From an uncultured Clostridia bacterium (lineage in GTDB: Bacteria > Bacillota_I > Bacilli_A > RF39 > UBA660), in assembly GCA_947165945.1 (NCBI GenBank), contig CAMVCF010000001.1, positions 957-64,956 of the forward strand: a DNA stretch of 64,000 bases. The letters run 5' to 3'. Position 1 is the stretch's first letter. The number at the start of each line of letters is the position of its first letter. A model generated the notes under the pieces. That model was not told the DNA's origin. It worked only from the letters and a program-made list of their open reading frames with translations, and did no database searches. Shown one piece after another: positions 48,196 to 58,681 of this stretch. The translations under genes and the position numbers were made by a program.

Positions 48196-48757
48196 ATACA
48201 CCTCTTTTAGATTCCTCTTTTTCAGAATAAAGAATCTCATCAAATAAAACTATCTTTCCAGTTGATAAAGTTTTTGGAATATCAATTAATCTTTGATTTC
48301 TGGATCCTCTAAATAAAATACTTAAATCTCTTTCTTCTAATATAAACTTTCCATCAACAAGTACATCTATAACACTTAAAAAGTCTTTATAAATCGGTTT
48401 AGTTTTTGACATATCCATTAATTCTTCAAATGTAAAACCGGTGTAAACCCAAATGTCAAGTCCTAAAGAGCGGGCATATTTAGCAATTTCAAAACAAGCG
48501 TATGGTTGAAACATAGGATCTCCTCCACTCATTGTTAAACCTTTATGATATTCTAGTTCTTTTATAGCTTCTTTTACCATTTCAACAGGAACTAGTCCCC
48601 CTCCATTAAAATCCCAAGTTCCAGGGTTTTGACAACCTTTACAGTGATGATGACATCCTTGAGTCCATAAAACAGCTCTTAAACCAGGACCATCTACAAT
48701 ACTATCAGTTTGTAAATCTGCAGCAAGTCTTATATACTTCTTGTTATTTTGTTCCAT
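48188..48757 (-). CDS. nrdG: Anaerobic ribonucleoside-triphosphate reductase activating protein (radical SAM)
   Basis: WTQGCHHHCKGCQNPGTWDF with CxxxCxxC-type cluster motif. Confidence 0.85.
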   Translation of the reverse strand: MEQNNKKYIRLAADLQTDSIVDGPGLRAVLWTQGCHHHCKGCQNPGTWDFNGGGLVPVEMVKEAIKELEYHKGLTMSGGDPMFQPYACFEIAKYARSLGLDIWVYTGFTFEELMDMSKTKPIYKDFLSVIDVLVDGKFILEERDLSILFRGSRNQRLIDIPKTLSTGKIVLFDEILYSEKEESKRGVYV

Positions 48758-48899
48758 GACATACTCTATCTTTTACTTCTTCTTTTTTAGCATTGTTGAA
48801 TCTATCAAGAGTTCCAACTAAATATCCTGTTATTCTTCTAATACGTTCAAATTTTACTCCGTCTCCAACAGTTTTAATTTTTTTGTTTTCTTTTTCCAT
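48744..48899 (-). CDS. Stand-alone 51-aa ORF encoding an NrdD-type glycyl-radical C-terminal motif
   Basis: RBS AAAGGAGA plus ATG at 48899 gives MEKENKKIKTVGDGVKFERIRRITGYLVGTLDRFNNAKKEEVKDRVCHGTK (RxxGY...DRVxH). In a different frame from nrdD and below the 60-aa ORF cutoff. Confidence 0.45.
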   Translation of the reverse strand: MEKENKKIKTVGDGVKFERIRRITGYLVGTLDRFNNAKKEEVKDRVCHGTK

Positions 48900-48913
48900 T
48901 TTTATTCTCCTTT

Positions 48914-51190
48914 CTATCTACTATAACAGTCAAAGCAATTTACTTTTTCCATTTCAATTCCTTCGCCTTCTTTTCTTCCACATCTAGGACATACATCATT
49001 AATTACCCCTACATATCCACAAACTGGATCTCTATCAACAGGATGATTAATTGCTCCATATCCTATATCAGAATCATGCATAATTCTTACAACACTTTCA
49101 AATGCATCAACATTATTAACTGTATCACCATCAAGTTCTACATAAGAAATATGTCCAGCATTTGTAAACTTATGATATACTCCTTCAATTTCCATTTTAT
49201 GTTTAACAGTTGTCTTATAATAAACAGGAACATGGAATGAGTTAGTATAATATTCTCTATCAGTAACTCCTTTTATTTTTCCATATATTGATTTATCAAT
49301 TGCAACAAATCTTCCAGAAAGTCCTTCTGCAGGAGTTGCAAGACAAGTGAAGTTTAAATTATATTCTTTTGTATATTGATCACATCTTTCTCTCATATGT
49401 TTAATAATTTCTATTCCAAGTTTTTGAGCTTTATCTGATTCTCCATGATGTTCTCCAATAAGGGCTTTCAAAGTTTCAGCAAGGCCTATAAATCCTATTG
49501 ATAAAGTTCCATGCTTAAGAACTGTTCTAAGTTTTGAATTAGGTTCTAATTTTTCACTATTGATCCATACATGAGATCCTAGTAAAAATTTAAAGTTTCT
49601 TTGAGACTTTGAACATTGACATTCAAATCTTTGTAATAGTTGACCTTTAACTAAATCCATTAAATCATCTAGTTCTTTATAGAATGCTTTCATATCTGCT
49701 TTATCACGTTCTCCTAAAGCTATTCCGTACTTAATTCCAAGTCTTGGAAGATTGATTGATGTGAAACTTAAATTTCCACGTCCTGGAGTTACCTCTGGTC
49801 CACAAACATTTGCTAAAACTCTTGTACGACATCCCATATATCCAACTTCTGTTTGATAATCTCCCTCTTTATAAAATGGTTTATTAAAACTAGAATCAAT
49901 AAATGAGAAATTTGGAAATAATCTTTTGGCTGAAACACGACAAGCAAGTCTAAATAAATCATAACTTGGATCTTCTTTATTATAGTTAACTCCATCTTTT
50001 ACTTTAAAAATGGAAATTGGAAATATTGGAGTTTCTCCATGACCAAGACCAGCATCAGTTGCAAGTAAATAATTTTTTATAACCATTCTTCCTTCAGGAG
50101 ATGTATCTGTTCCAAAATTTACACTTGAAAATGGTACTTGTGCACCAGCTCTTGAATGCATTGTATTTAGATTATGAATAAATCCTTCCATTGCTTGATA
50201 TGTTGCTCTATCTGTTTTATTCCAAGCATTACTTTTAGATTTTTCAAAGATCTCTTTTATACGAGAACTTTTAGATATAAAATCATTAAAAATTTCTAAA
50301 TCAAATTCAATACTTTCAAGTTTATCAACTAATTCAATTACTTTATCAAATTTAATAAGTCCCATAAATCCTTCAAGTTCTAGTAACTCGGATAATTCTT
50401 GTTTAAACTCTTTTTTAAATGTTTTTAATACACCAGGTGCCATATAATAGTCAAATGCTGGAATACTTTGTCCACCATGTTGTTCATTTTGATTGGATTG
50501 AATTGCTATTGCTGCAAGGGAAGCATAAGACATGATAGAGTTCGGAGTTCTTAAAAAACCATGCCCTGTTGAAAAACCATTTTTAAACAATTTGTTTAAA
50601 TCTATTTGAGTACAAGTTGTAGTTCCCATTGCCCAGAAATCTAAATCATGAATATGAATTTCTCCTTCATCATGAGCTCTTGCATATTTACTATCCATAA
50701 GATATGCTTTAGCAAATTCTTTTGATACAGTTGATCCAAAATGAAGCATTGTTCCCATTGGTCCATCACCATCAACGTTTGCATTTTCTCTTTTTGAATT
50801 TTCTTCTGCAGCACTTTTAAGTCCTAAAGATTCTATTGCTTTTACAAACTTATGTTGTTGTTTTCCAACAAATGCATCACGTGATGCTGTACGTCTTTCT
50901 CTATATCCTTTATATGACTCATATACTTCATCATATTTCATTTTTTTAAGTACATCTTCAATTACATCTTGAATATCTTCAACACCAATTGTCTTTCTAT
51001 CTTGATATTTTTTTTCTATTTCAGATAATACTTTTTCTTTTACTTTATTAACATTTTTTTCATCATACTCATCGTATACACTATCAAATCCTTTTTTTAC
51101 AGCTATTGCTACTTTAGTAGGATTAAAACTAACTCTTTGACCACTTCGTTTAACAACAACGATGTCATTTAAAATATTTTTTTCCATCAT
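48914..51190 (-). CDS. nrdD: Anaerobic ribonucleoside-triphosphate reductase (class III), catalytic subunit lacking the glycyl-radical tail
   Basis: 758 aa with N-terminal ATP-cone (VVKRSGQRVSFNPTKVAIAV). Ends with Zn-ribbon CPRCG...CFDCYSR* and no RxxGY motif after it. Confidence 0.88.
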   Translation of the reverse strand: MMEKNILNDIVVVKRSGQRVSFNPTKVAIAVKKGFDSVYDEYDEKNVNKVKEKVLSEIEKKYQDRKTIGVEDIQDVIEDVLKKMKYDEVYESYKGYRERRTASRDAFVGKQQHKFVKAIESLGLKSAAEENSKRENANVDGDGPMGTMLHFGSTVSKEFAKAYLMDSKYARAHDEGEIHIHDLDFWAMGTTTCTQIDLNKLFKNGFSTGHGFLRTPNSIMSYASLAAIAIQSNQNEQHGGQSIPAFDYYMAPGVLKTFKKEFKQELSELLELEGFMGLIKFDKVIELVDKLESIEFDLEIFNDFISKSSRIKEIFEKSKSNAWNKTDRATYQAMEGFIHNLNTMHSRAGAQVPFSSVNFGTDTSPEGRMVIKNYLLATDAGLGHGETPIFPISIFKVKDGVNYNKEDPSYDLFRLACRVSAKRLFPNFSFIDSSFNKPFYKEGDYQTEVGYMGCRTRVLANVCGPEVTPGRGNLSFTSINLPRLGIKYGIALGERDKADMKAFYKELDDLMDLVKGQLLQRFECQCSKSQRNFKFLLGSHVWINSEKLEPNSKLRTVLKHGTLSIGFIGLAETLKALIGEHHGESDKAQKLGIEIIKHMRERCDQYTKEYNLNFTCLATPAEGLSGRFVAIDKSIYGKIKGVTDREYYTNSFHVPVYYKTTVKHKMEIEGVYHKFTNAGHISYVELDGDTVNNVDAFESVVRIMHDSDIGYGAINHPVDRDPVCGYVGVINDVCPRCGRKEGEGIEMEKVNCFDCYSR

Positions 51191-51633
51191 TTTACCTCTC
51201 TCTTATGTACTTCAATCATATTATATTTTATTTTTTTTGTAAATGTTTTTTGATGTTATTTTTTTAAAAATATTTTTCTTTACATTTTTAAAAATTATAA
51301 AAAAGTTACAAAAAAAACATTCTTTTCTTTTGATAATAATAACTATCAAATTTATAAATGTTTTTATTAGTTTACATTTTAATTTTTACCTTCTATTTTA
51401 AATTTGTCGTCAATATACTTATAATTTCATTTCTCATTTTTAACAATTTATTAACCTGCATGATCTTTTAATCTTTTAGGTTATTCTTCACTGATATCTA
51501 GATATACTTCTATATTATCCATGTTATCAAAGCTCTTTGTGCTGCTATTGATGGATCATATTTCATCAATTCTTTCATTACCTAATATTATATTATCATA
51601 GTTTATTAATTATATTTTTTTCAATACATTATT

Positions 51634-52503
51634 TTATTCATTTGAGATTAAGATGCTTTCTTTATTACTAGAAGTATTAATTCCAATTATATTTTTATCA
51701 CCAATTAGTATCTCAAGCTCTTTTTTTGCAATATTATTGAGCTTAACTAATCTTTCACTTTGTTTTATATTATTTTCAATCATATTTGCATTTAAAACTT
51801 CTAAATTACTTAAAACAACTAATTGTAAAACATCAGCATAATCTCTAATATTCCCTTTTAAATGTGGATTATTTTTTCTCCATTCTTTAGCTGTTTGACC
51901 AAACAATGCAACATTTATTACATCAGCCTCATCTGCATATACAAGTTGCTTTTGTTTCTCTGTTAATTTTGGAATAATGTTTTCTTTAATACTATCTGTA
52001 TGTATTCTATAATTTGTTTTAGTAAGCATTCTTCGTACTGACCATTCTATCTTTTCCTGATAACTTTCATTATATTTTAATCTTTTAAATTCTTTTATTA
52101 AATATATTTTAAATAAATTATCAATCCAGGAAGCAAATTCTAAGGCAATATCAGAATGGGCAAATGTTCCAATACTATATTTACCTTTACTATATGTCAT
52201 TCCGATAGCATTTACTTCTGTACACCATCTGCTTGGTGTCATTGTAAAAGACCTTTTAGGTGCTTCACTTTTAATTAGGCTGAATTCCGCCGAATTAAAA
52301 TTTTCATTACTTAATTTTTCCCATAAACCTAAAAATTCTATTGTATCATAATTGCTTAACCATTTTTTTATTACGTCTGATGGATCATTTGGATTTTTAT
52401 ATCTTGCTAAGTCAGTTAATGAAATATAATCCTCATCATTAATTCTCATTACTCTAATTTCATTTTCATTTACATTCAGAATAGTTGTAATTTTATCATT
52501 CAT
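51634..52503 (-). CDS. KilA-N domain protein (phage antirepressor-like)
   Basis: NENEIRVMRINDEDYISLTDLARYKNPNDPSDVIKKWLSNYDTIEFLGLWE...FAHSDIALEFASWI. Confidence 0.6.
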   Translation of the reverse strand: MNDKITTILNVNENEIRVMRINDEDYISLTDLARYKNPNDPSDVIKKWLSNYDTIEFLGLWEKLSNENFNSAEFSLIKSEAPKRSFTMTPSRWCTEVNAIGMTYSKGKYSIGTFAHSDIALEFASWIDNLFKIYLIKEFKRLKYNESYQEKIEWSVRRMLTKTNYRIHTDSIKENIIPKLTEKQKQLVYADEADVINVALFGQTAKEWRKNNPHLKGNIRDYADVLQLVVLSNLEVLNANMIENNIKQSERLVKLNNIAKKELEILIGDKNIIGINTSSNKESILISNE

Positions 52504-52539
52504 AATTTTAGTTCTCCTTCAAGTTATGTATAATAACAT

Positions 52540-52575
52540 GATTATATATTATAATTTGTCGAATTTTGTCGAAAA
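52540..52575 (-). promoter_or_regulatory. Promoter of the KilA-N gene carrying the same TTCGACA direct repeat (x2, 10-bp period)
   Basis: The minus strand reads TTTCGACAAAATTCGACAAATTATAATATATAAT, then RBS GAAGGAGA, then ATG. Confidence 0.4.
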
Positions 52576-52590
52576 AATATTTTTATGAAA

Positions 52591-52613
52591 AAAGTGACAA
52601 ACTGTCACTTCTA
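52591..52613 (-). terminator. Terminator of the glycan operon (after ugd)
   Basis: AGTGACA-AAC-TGTCACT perfect hairpin followed by a T-run on the minus strand. Confidence 0.55.
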
Positions 52614-52615
52614 AA

Positions 52616-53782
52616 TTAATCTCTACTATATAGATCTCTTGTATACACTTTATTTTGTATTTTTTTAGTATTCTCATCTAATCTATTTACTAGAACTACA
52701 TCACTTATACTTGAAAATTCATTAAAATCTTTAACAACTGGACATTCATTAAAGAAAGAATCTTTTAAAGTTGGTTCATAAATTACTACTTTTACATTGT
52801 TTTTCTTAAGTCTATCGATTATTCCTTGAATAGCACTGGCTCTAAAGTTATCACTATTAGTTTTCATAGTCAATCTATATATTCCAACTACTTTAGGATT
52901 CTTCTTTAAGATCATACTCGTAATATGATCTTTTCTTGTATCATTTGATTTAACAATTGCTTCAATTAAATTTTGTGGAACATCTTTATAATTTGCAAGT
53001 AATTGTTTTGTATCTTTAGGAAGACAATATCCTCCATATCCAAATGATGGGTTATTATAATGACTTCCAATTCTTGGATCTAAAGATACCCCTTCAATAA
53101 TATCTTTAGTATTAAGACCTTTTAATTCTGCATAAGTATCAAGTTCATTAAAGAAAGATACTCGAAGTGCAAGATATGTATTTGCAAATAATTTAACAGC
53201 TTCTGCTTCTGTTGAATTCATATAACGAACTTCAATATCTTTTTTTAAAGCACCTTTCTTTAATAGTTCAGCAAATTCATGAGCCTTATCGCTATTTTCT
53301 CCAACAATAATACGAGATGGATATAAATTATCATATAAAGCTTGACCTTCTCTTAAAAATTCTGGAGAAAAGAAAATATTATTTAATTCATATTTTTCTT
53401 TTACATTTTTAATAAAGCCAACTGGTATAGTTGATTTAACTACCATAGTTGTATCTATTCCCATACTTTTTACTTTCTTAATGATATCTTCAACACTAGA
53501 TGTATCAAAATAATTTTTTTCATCATCATAATTAGTTGGTGTTGAAATAATAATAAATTTTGCATCAGTAAACGCTTCTTTATAATCTAAAGTTGCTCTT
53601 AAATTTAAATCCTTCTCTTTAAAATATTTCTCAATATAAAGATCCTTTATAGGTGATATACGATTATTAATCATATCAACTTTTTCTTTTATTATATCAA
53701 GTGCTACTACTTCATTATCAACACTTAAAAGTGTTGCTAGGGATAATCCTACATATCCTGTTCCTGCTACTGCTATTTTCAT
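52616..53782 (-). CDS. ugd: UDP-glucose 6-dehydrogenase / nucleotide-sugar dehydrogenase
   Basis: MKIAVAGTGYVGLSLATLL plus central and C-terminal UDPG_MGDP_dh domains (GGYCLPKD). Confidence 0.85.
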   Translation of the reverse strand: MKIAVAGTGYVGLSLATLLSVDNEVVALDIIKEKVDMINNRISPIKDLYIEKYFKEKDLNLRATLDYKEAFTDAKFIIISTPTNYDDEKNYFDTSSVEDIIKKVKSMGIDTTMVVKSTIPVGFIKNVKEKYELNNIFFSPEFLREGQALYDNLYPSRIIVGENSDKAHEFAELLKKGALKKDIEVRYMNSTEAEAVKLFANTYLALRVSFFNELDTYAELKGLNTKDIIEGVSLDPRIGSHYNNPSFGYGGYCLPKDTKQLLANYKDVPQNLIEAIVKSNDTRKDHITSMILKKNPKVVGIYRLTMKTNSDNFRASAIQGIIDRLKKNNVKVVIYEPTLKDSFFNECPVVKDFNEFSSISDVVLVNRLDENTKKIQNKVYTRDLYSRD

Positions 53783-53882
53783 ACTACTCTCCAATCAATT
53801 AAAATTACTTGTATAGTATATAATATATATTAACATTTTTCAAGATCATATTTCAAAATGTATAATTAACAACAACTATATT

Positions 53883-54992
53883 TTAATTAGAAATTTTATC
53901 AACACATTCTAATGCCGCCATAATTACATCATCCATGTCATAATACTTATATTCAGCAAGACGTCCTCCAAATATAACATTTTCTTCTTTTTTAGAAAGT
54001 TCTTTATACCTTTCAGCTAACTTCTCATTTTTTTCATCATTTATGACATAATATGCTTCATTTTGTGATGTCCAATTTTCAGGATATTCATATGTTACAA
54101 CTGTTTTGTCGCTTTTATTTGAAGTATCAAAATGTTTATGTTCTATTACTCTAGTATATTTAACCTCATCACCAGTATAATTAACTACTGCATTACCTTG
54201 AAAATTATCAATATCATATATTTTCATATCAAATCTTAATGATCTATACTCTAATTTACCTAATTTATAATCAAAATATTCATCAATCATACCGGTATAA
54301 ATTATTTTATTTGCAATTTTATTATAATACTGTTTATTATCAAAATAATTTGTATTTAATTCTATATCAATTCCACTTAGCATATTTTCAACCATCTTTG
54401 TATATCCACCGATAGGAATTCCTTGATATTCATCATCAAAATAATTATTATCATACGTAAATCTCACAGGTAATCTTTTTATTATAAAAGCCGGTAATTC
54501 TTTACATGATTTATTCCATTGCTTTTCCGTATAACCCTTTATTAACTTTTCATATATTGTTTTGCCAACTAAAGAAATTGCTTGTTCTTCTAAATTATTA
54601 GGAATTTTAACAGACAGCTCACTTTTTTCTTTTTCAATACGCTTTTTAGCATCTTCTGGAGTTATAACATCTTTCCATAATTTTGAAAAAGTATTCATAT
54701 TAAATGGCATATTATATATTTCATTCCCAATTCTTGCAATTGGTGAATTAGTAAATCTATTAAAATCACTAAAAGAATTAACGTATTCCCATACTTCTTT
54801 ATTATTAGTATGAAAAATATGAGCTCCATATTTATGAACTTCTATTCCCTCTATATTTTCAGTATATACATTACCAGCTATATGATTTCTTTTATCAATA
54901 ACTAGTACCTTTTTTCCATTCTGATGAAGCTTATTTGCCACTGTTGATCCAAACAAACCTGCTCCAACAATTAAATAATCATACTTTTTCAC
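53883..54992 (-). CDS. glf: UDP-galactopyranose mutase
   Basis: MKKYDYLIVGAGLFGSTVA...HIFHTNN...YTEKQW. Confidence 0.88.
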   Translation of the reverse strand: MKKYDYLIVGAGLFGSTVANKLHQNGKKVLVIDKRNHIAGNVYTENIEGIEVHKYGAHIFHTNNKEVWEYVNSFSDFNRFTNSPIARIGNEIYNMPFNMNTFSKLWKDVITPEDAKKRIEKEKSELSVKIPNNLEEQAISLVGKTIYEKLIKGYTEKQWNKSCKELPAFIIKRLPVRFTYDNNYFDDEYQGIPIGGYTKMVENMLSGIDIELNTNYFDNKQYYNKIANKIIYTGMIDEYFDYKLGKLEYRSLRFDMKIYDIDNFQGNAVVNYTGDEVKYTRVIEHKHFDTSNKSDKTVVTYEYPENWTSQNEAYYVINDEKNEKLAERYKELSKKEENVIFGGRLAEYKYYDMDDVIMAALECVDKISN

Positions 54993-54993
54993 A

Positions 54994-56439
54994 TTAAATT
55001 CTCCTTATTTTATTAATAAATTTATTTATAATTTCAAGTGTAAATTTGTCTTTTAATAATATTAGACAAACACCATATGTAACTATTCCTGTTATAACTT
55101 GAACTAATAATACTAAAACATCATTAATTGGCATATTTCTTAAAATAAAACAACAAAAAAACATTAATAAAGAAGCCAAAATATAATTCTTTGACAATTT
55201 GACTATATCTTTTAATTCAAAATCACATCGAACATAATAAATTTGAACCATTGATACAAGAAATTCTGCAATTAAAGTTCCAAATGATGCACCTATTGCA
55301 CCATATTTAGGAATTAATAACATGTTAAAGATAAAATTAACAACAGCTCCAACTATAACTGAAATTGTATATTCTTTTTGTCTTTTAGTTGGCAGTAAAT
55401 ACTGAATACCTGTAACATTGCTTAATCCAATTAATAATAATATAGGACTAATTATATTCATTAATAATACAACTTTATCATATCCTTTACCAAAAAATAA
55501 AGGCACAAATCTAGTATTTACACTTATAATACCTAATATCATTGGAAATGATAAGAAAAACACAAGATTAAACGACTTAAGCATATATTGTTTTATTTTT
55601 TCTCTATTACCATTGGCATACGTATAAGCAATTCTTGGCATCATTACTGCTCCAAGTGATGTTATAATAGTTAAAAGCATTTTTATTATCTTTTGACTTT
55701 GCTCATAATATCCTACTTCTTTTTTATCCATAATAATTGCTCCAATCATTGTTTTATCTAATAAAGCATATACTTGAATTGCTATTTGGGGAATAAATAA
55801 GACAATTGTTGGCTTTAAATGCCGTAAAACATTTAAGTCTTTTAATTTTATTTTTACTAAATATTTTGGTAAATATAATAGTAATGAAAAATTACCTATT
55901 AATGTTGATAATACATAAATTATAAAGTATATTTTCAAATCATTTTTTGTTTTCACAAAAATAAAAATTAATATTAAACTTATTACCTTTACTATAAAAT
56001 GTCTCATTACATTTTTTTTAAATTCTTCTATACCTTTAAAAAACCAACTTACATCTAAAAAATTAGCAAAAATTTCAAGTATTAATATTGTATAATAAAT
56101 ATGATATTGATTATTTCTAAAAACAAAAATAAAATAAAATAATAATAAAGAACATGATAAAGTTATTAATCTTAATAATATTATCTCCCAAAATATTTTA
56201 CTATATTTTTCTTTATCATTTTGCACATATGCTATTTCTCTTTGTCCATATAAAGCAATTCCTAATGATCCAAAAGTAATAAAATAGGTTACTATTGAAA
56301 TAGTATAGCTATAAATGCCAATATTTTCTGCCCCTAGTACTCTAGATATATATGGAGCAGTTACTAATGGTAATATTAATGTTAATACTTGATATAATAA
56401 ATTATAAACATAATTTTTGGTAATACTTTTTTTCTGCAT
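54994..56439 (-). CDS. wzx: Polysaccharide flippase (Wzx, MOP superfamily)
   Basis: 481 aa with about 12-14 TM; typical Wzx N-terminus LYQVLTLILPLVTAPYISRVLG. Confidence 0.7.
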   Translation of the reverse strand: MQKKSITKNYVYNLLYQVLTLILPLVTAPYISRVLGAENIGIYSYTISIVTYFITFGSLGIALYGQREIAYVQNDKEKYSKIFWEIILLRLITLSCSLLLFYFIFVFRNNQYHIYYTILILEIFANFLDVSWFFKGIEEFKKNVMRHFIVKVISLILIFIFVKTKNDLKIYFIIYVLSTLIGNFSLLLYLPKYLVKIKLKDLNVLRHLKPTIVLFIPQIAIQVYALLDKTMIGAIIMDKKEVGYYEQSQKIIKMLLTIITSLGAVMMPRIAYTYANGNREKIKQYMLKSFNLVFFLSFPMILGIISVNTRFVPLFFGKGYDKVVLLMNIISPILLLIGLSNVTGIQYLLPTKRQKEYTISVIVGAVVNFIFNMLLIPKYGAIGASFGTLIAEFLVSMVQIYYVRCDFELKDIVKLSKNYILASLLMFFCCFILRNMPINDVLVLLVQVITGIVTYGVCLILLKDKFTLEIINKFINKIRRI

Positions 56440-56455
56440 ATAATAACATCCAATT

Positions 56456-57445
56456 CTATATTTTCTTTTTTTGTCTTAAATAATTAGACAATATATTTAA
56501 TAAAAAATAATGTGAAATAATTAACAAATTAACAATTTTATCATTTTTAAATTCTTTATATATATATTCATCGCATTTACAAATTGATATAATTTCTTTA
56601 ATTTCATTCTTTTTATTCTCTTTAAACAAAAGTAATATTTTAATATGCTCTTGTGCCATTTTTGCAATTCTTTTAGAAACAAAATATTTCTTTTCAATAG
56701 ATAAATTCAACAAATTCTTTTTATAAAACTGTATATTATTTAATAATACTAATTTATGTTGGTCAATATTTTTCATCATACTATGTGGATTTATGCTCTG
56801 ATTTTCTTGAGCAACTCTATACACATAAATACTTTTATTATAATAAAATACCGTTTTTGCAAATATTATTGGATATAAAACATATTCTGTATCAGTATAA
56901 AAACAGTTATCAATTTTAATAGAATTATCTTTAATAATCGATGTTTTAAAGATCAATGAATGCATTTGATATGGAATTTTTTCAAAATAATCATCAAAAT
57001 TAAATTCTTCCATTTTTGGCAAATCAAAAGTAAATTTCTTTGTAACTTGTTTTTTTAAATCATTAAAAACATCATAATCGCATACAACTAAATCAGATTC
57101 AATCCTCTCTAAAACATCAACTAACTCATCAAGTTCTTTCGAATTTATCCAGTCATCTCCATCAACCATTCTAAAGTATTTTCCAGTTGCATTTTGTATA
57201 CCTGAATTAACCGTTGAACCAGGTCCTTCATTCTTCTTTTTAATAACTTTAATAGTATTTGGATATTTTTCTTCAATTTTTTTTGCTAATTCAACTGTAT
57301 TATCACTACTTCCATCATCAGTTACAATTACTTCAATTTTATCACGATTATTACAATCAACAAAAGATTGTAAATTACCTTCTATCATTTCTCCTAAATT
57401 ATAAGCTGCAACACTTATCGTTAGTAATTTTTTCTCATTTTTCAT
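56456..57445 (-). CDS. Family 2 glycosyltransferase
   Basis: LTISVAAYN...VIVTDDGSSDNT...DGDD. Confidence 0.8.
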   Translation of the reverse strand: MKNEKKLLTISVAAYNLGEMIEGNLQSFVDCNNRDKIEVIVTDDGSSDNTVELAKKIEEKYPNTIKVIKKKNEGPGSTVNSGIQNATGKYFRMVDGDDWINSKELDELVDVLERIESDLVVCDYDVFNDLKKQVTKKFTFDLPKMEEFNFDDYFEKIPYQMHSLIFKTSIIKDNSIKIDNCFYTDTEYVLYPIIFAKTVFYYNKSIYVYRVAQENQSINPHSMMKNIDQHKLVLLNNIQFYKKNLLNLSIEKKYFVSKRIAKMAQEHIKILLLFKENKKNEIKEIISICKCDEYIYKEFKNDKIVNLLIISHYFLLNILSNYLRQKKKI

Positions 57446-57465
57446 ATAACACCTCATAAACTAAT

Positions 57466-58680
57466 TCATTTACATATATTATCATTATAATCTATTTTTT
57501 CTCTTTTCTCAAATACACTTAATGTAAAAAATATCAATGAAACAATAAATCTTTGATGAATATATAACCCATTATAAAATGCAACAAATAATAATAGTAA
57601 TAATATTAAAACCTTACTTATAAACTTTACATTAACACTAAAACAAAATTTTATTAAGCAGTAAAGATATAACAATAATCCCAAAATACCAAAAGAAATT
57701 AAAATTTGAAAAAAATCATTATGTGACCATATATTCATATTATTATATTTTGCGTGGATAATATATGTAGTCTCTGCTCCACAACCAAATATTTTATTAT
57801 AATTATTTTCAAGATTAAAATATGCTATATCCGTTTTTCTTAAATTTCCTCTACCATTATCAAAATTTTGTGAGGAAATAGTATTCTGCATTTTAGAATA
57901 TATTGATGTTTTTTTTATTATAGACACCCCACCAAACAATACTATTCCAATAAACATTAACAAAATTGCCAAAAAAAACATTTTTTCTTTAAAAAATAAA
58001 CCAGACGTAGATACTTTTATTTTATAATTTTTCAAAATCAAAAATTCAATTACAACTGCGAATAATGTTGGTACTCTTGCAGCGGACATTAAAGTCATTA
58101 TAATAAATATAATTGATACTAAATATAAAAGATTTTTTTTCTTCTTACTATTTCTTACTAAAAAATATATGCACATCAATACTCCTGATGTCCTATAAGC
58201 AAATTGATGTGGATCCCCATAAATTCCTGATAAAGCTTTTACTCCCCACGATGCACTATATCCAGTTGAAAAACCTTTACCTAACAATAAAAAGAATAAG
58301 TTAATTAATAGATTTAAGATAATTCCTATATAAATTATCTTTTCATTTTTTATCAATGCTTCGTAAGCACTAATTTTAAAAGTAGATAATGAATACAAAG
58401 TTAAATTTAAAATAATTATAATCATATTAATGACATGATGAATATGTACACTAACATTTTGTGTAATACTGAATGAAATTCCTATTGAAATTAATAATGA
58501 AATTAATAATAAAATATTTTTTCTATCAAACTTTGCATTAAAAATTATTATCATTAATGGGAAAACAATAAAAATTAAAGTATTAAATGGAACAAAAAAA
58601 TGAAAAAAAGACTCTAAAATTAAAACTATTGGAAATAATGAAAGTATTAAAAAATAAATATTTAATATTTTTTTATACAT
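57466..58680 (-). CDS. wzy: O-antigen polymerase/ligase-like (Wzy family) membrane protein
   Basis: 404 aa, polytopic, with a large periplasmic-type loop. Located in the glycan locus. Confidence 0.55.
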   Translation of the reverse strand: MYKKILNIYFLILSLFPIVLILESFFHFFVPFNTLIFIVFPLMIIIFNAKFDRKNILLLISLLISIGISFSITQNVSVHIHHVINMIIIILNLTLYSLSTFKISAYEALIKNEKIIYIGIILNLLINLFFLLLGKGFSTGYSASWGVKALSGIYGDPHQFAYRTSGVLMCIYFLVRNSKKKKNLLYLVSIIFIIMTLMSAARVPTLFAVVIEFLILKNYKIKVSTSGLFFKEKMFFLAILLMFIGIVLFGGVSIIKKTSIYSKMQNTISSQNFDNGRGNLRKTDIAYFNLENNYNKIFGCGAETTYIIHAKYNNMNIWSHNDFFQILISFGILGLLLYLYCLIKFCFSVNVKFISKVLILLLLLFVAFYNGLYIHQRFIVSLIFFTLSVFEKREKIDYNDNICK

Positions 58681-58681
58681 A

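Noticed and set aside
51190-51633. Searched the nrdD upstream region for NrdR boxes or a riboswitch
   Set aside because: No convincing NrdR-type palindrome (acaCwAtATaTwGtgt) or conserved riboswitch core identified by eye; the region is simply AT-rich.
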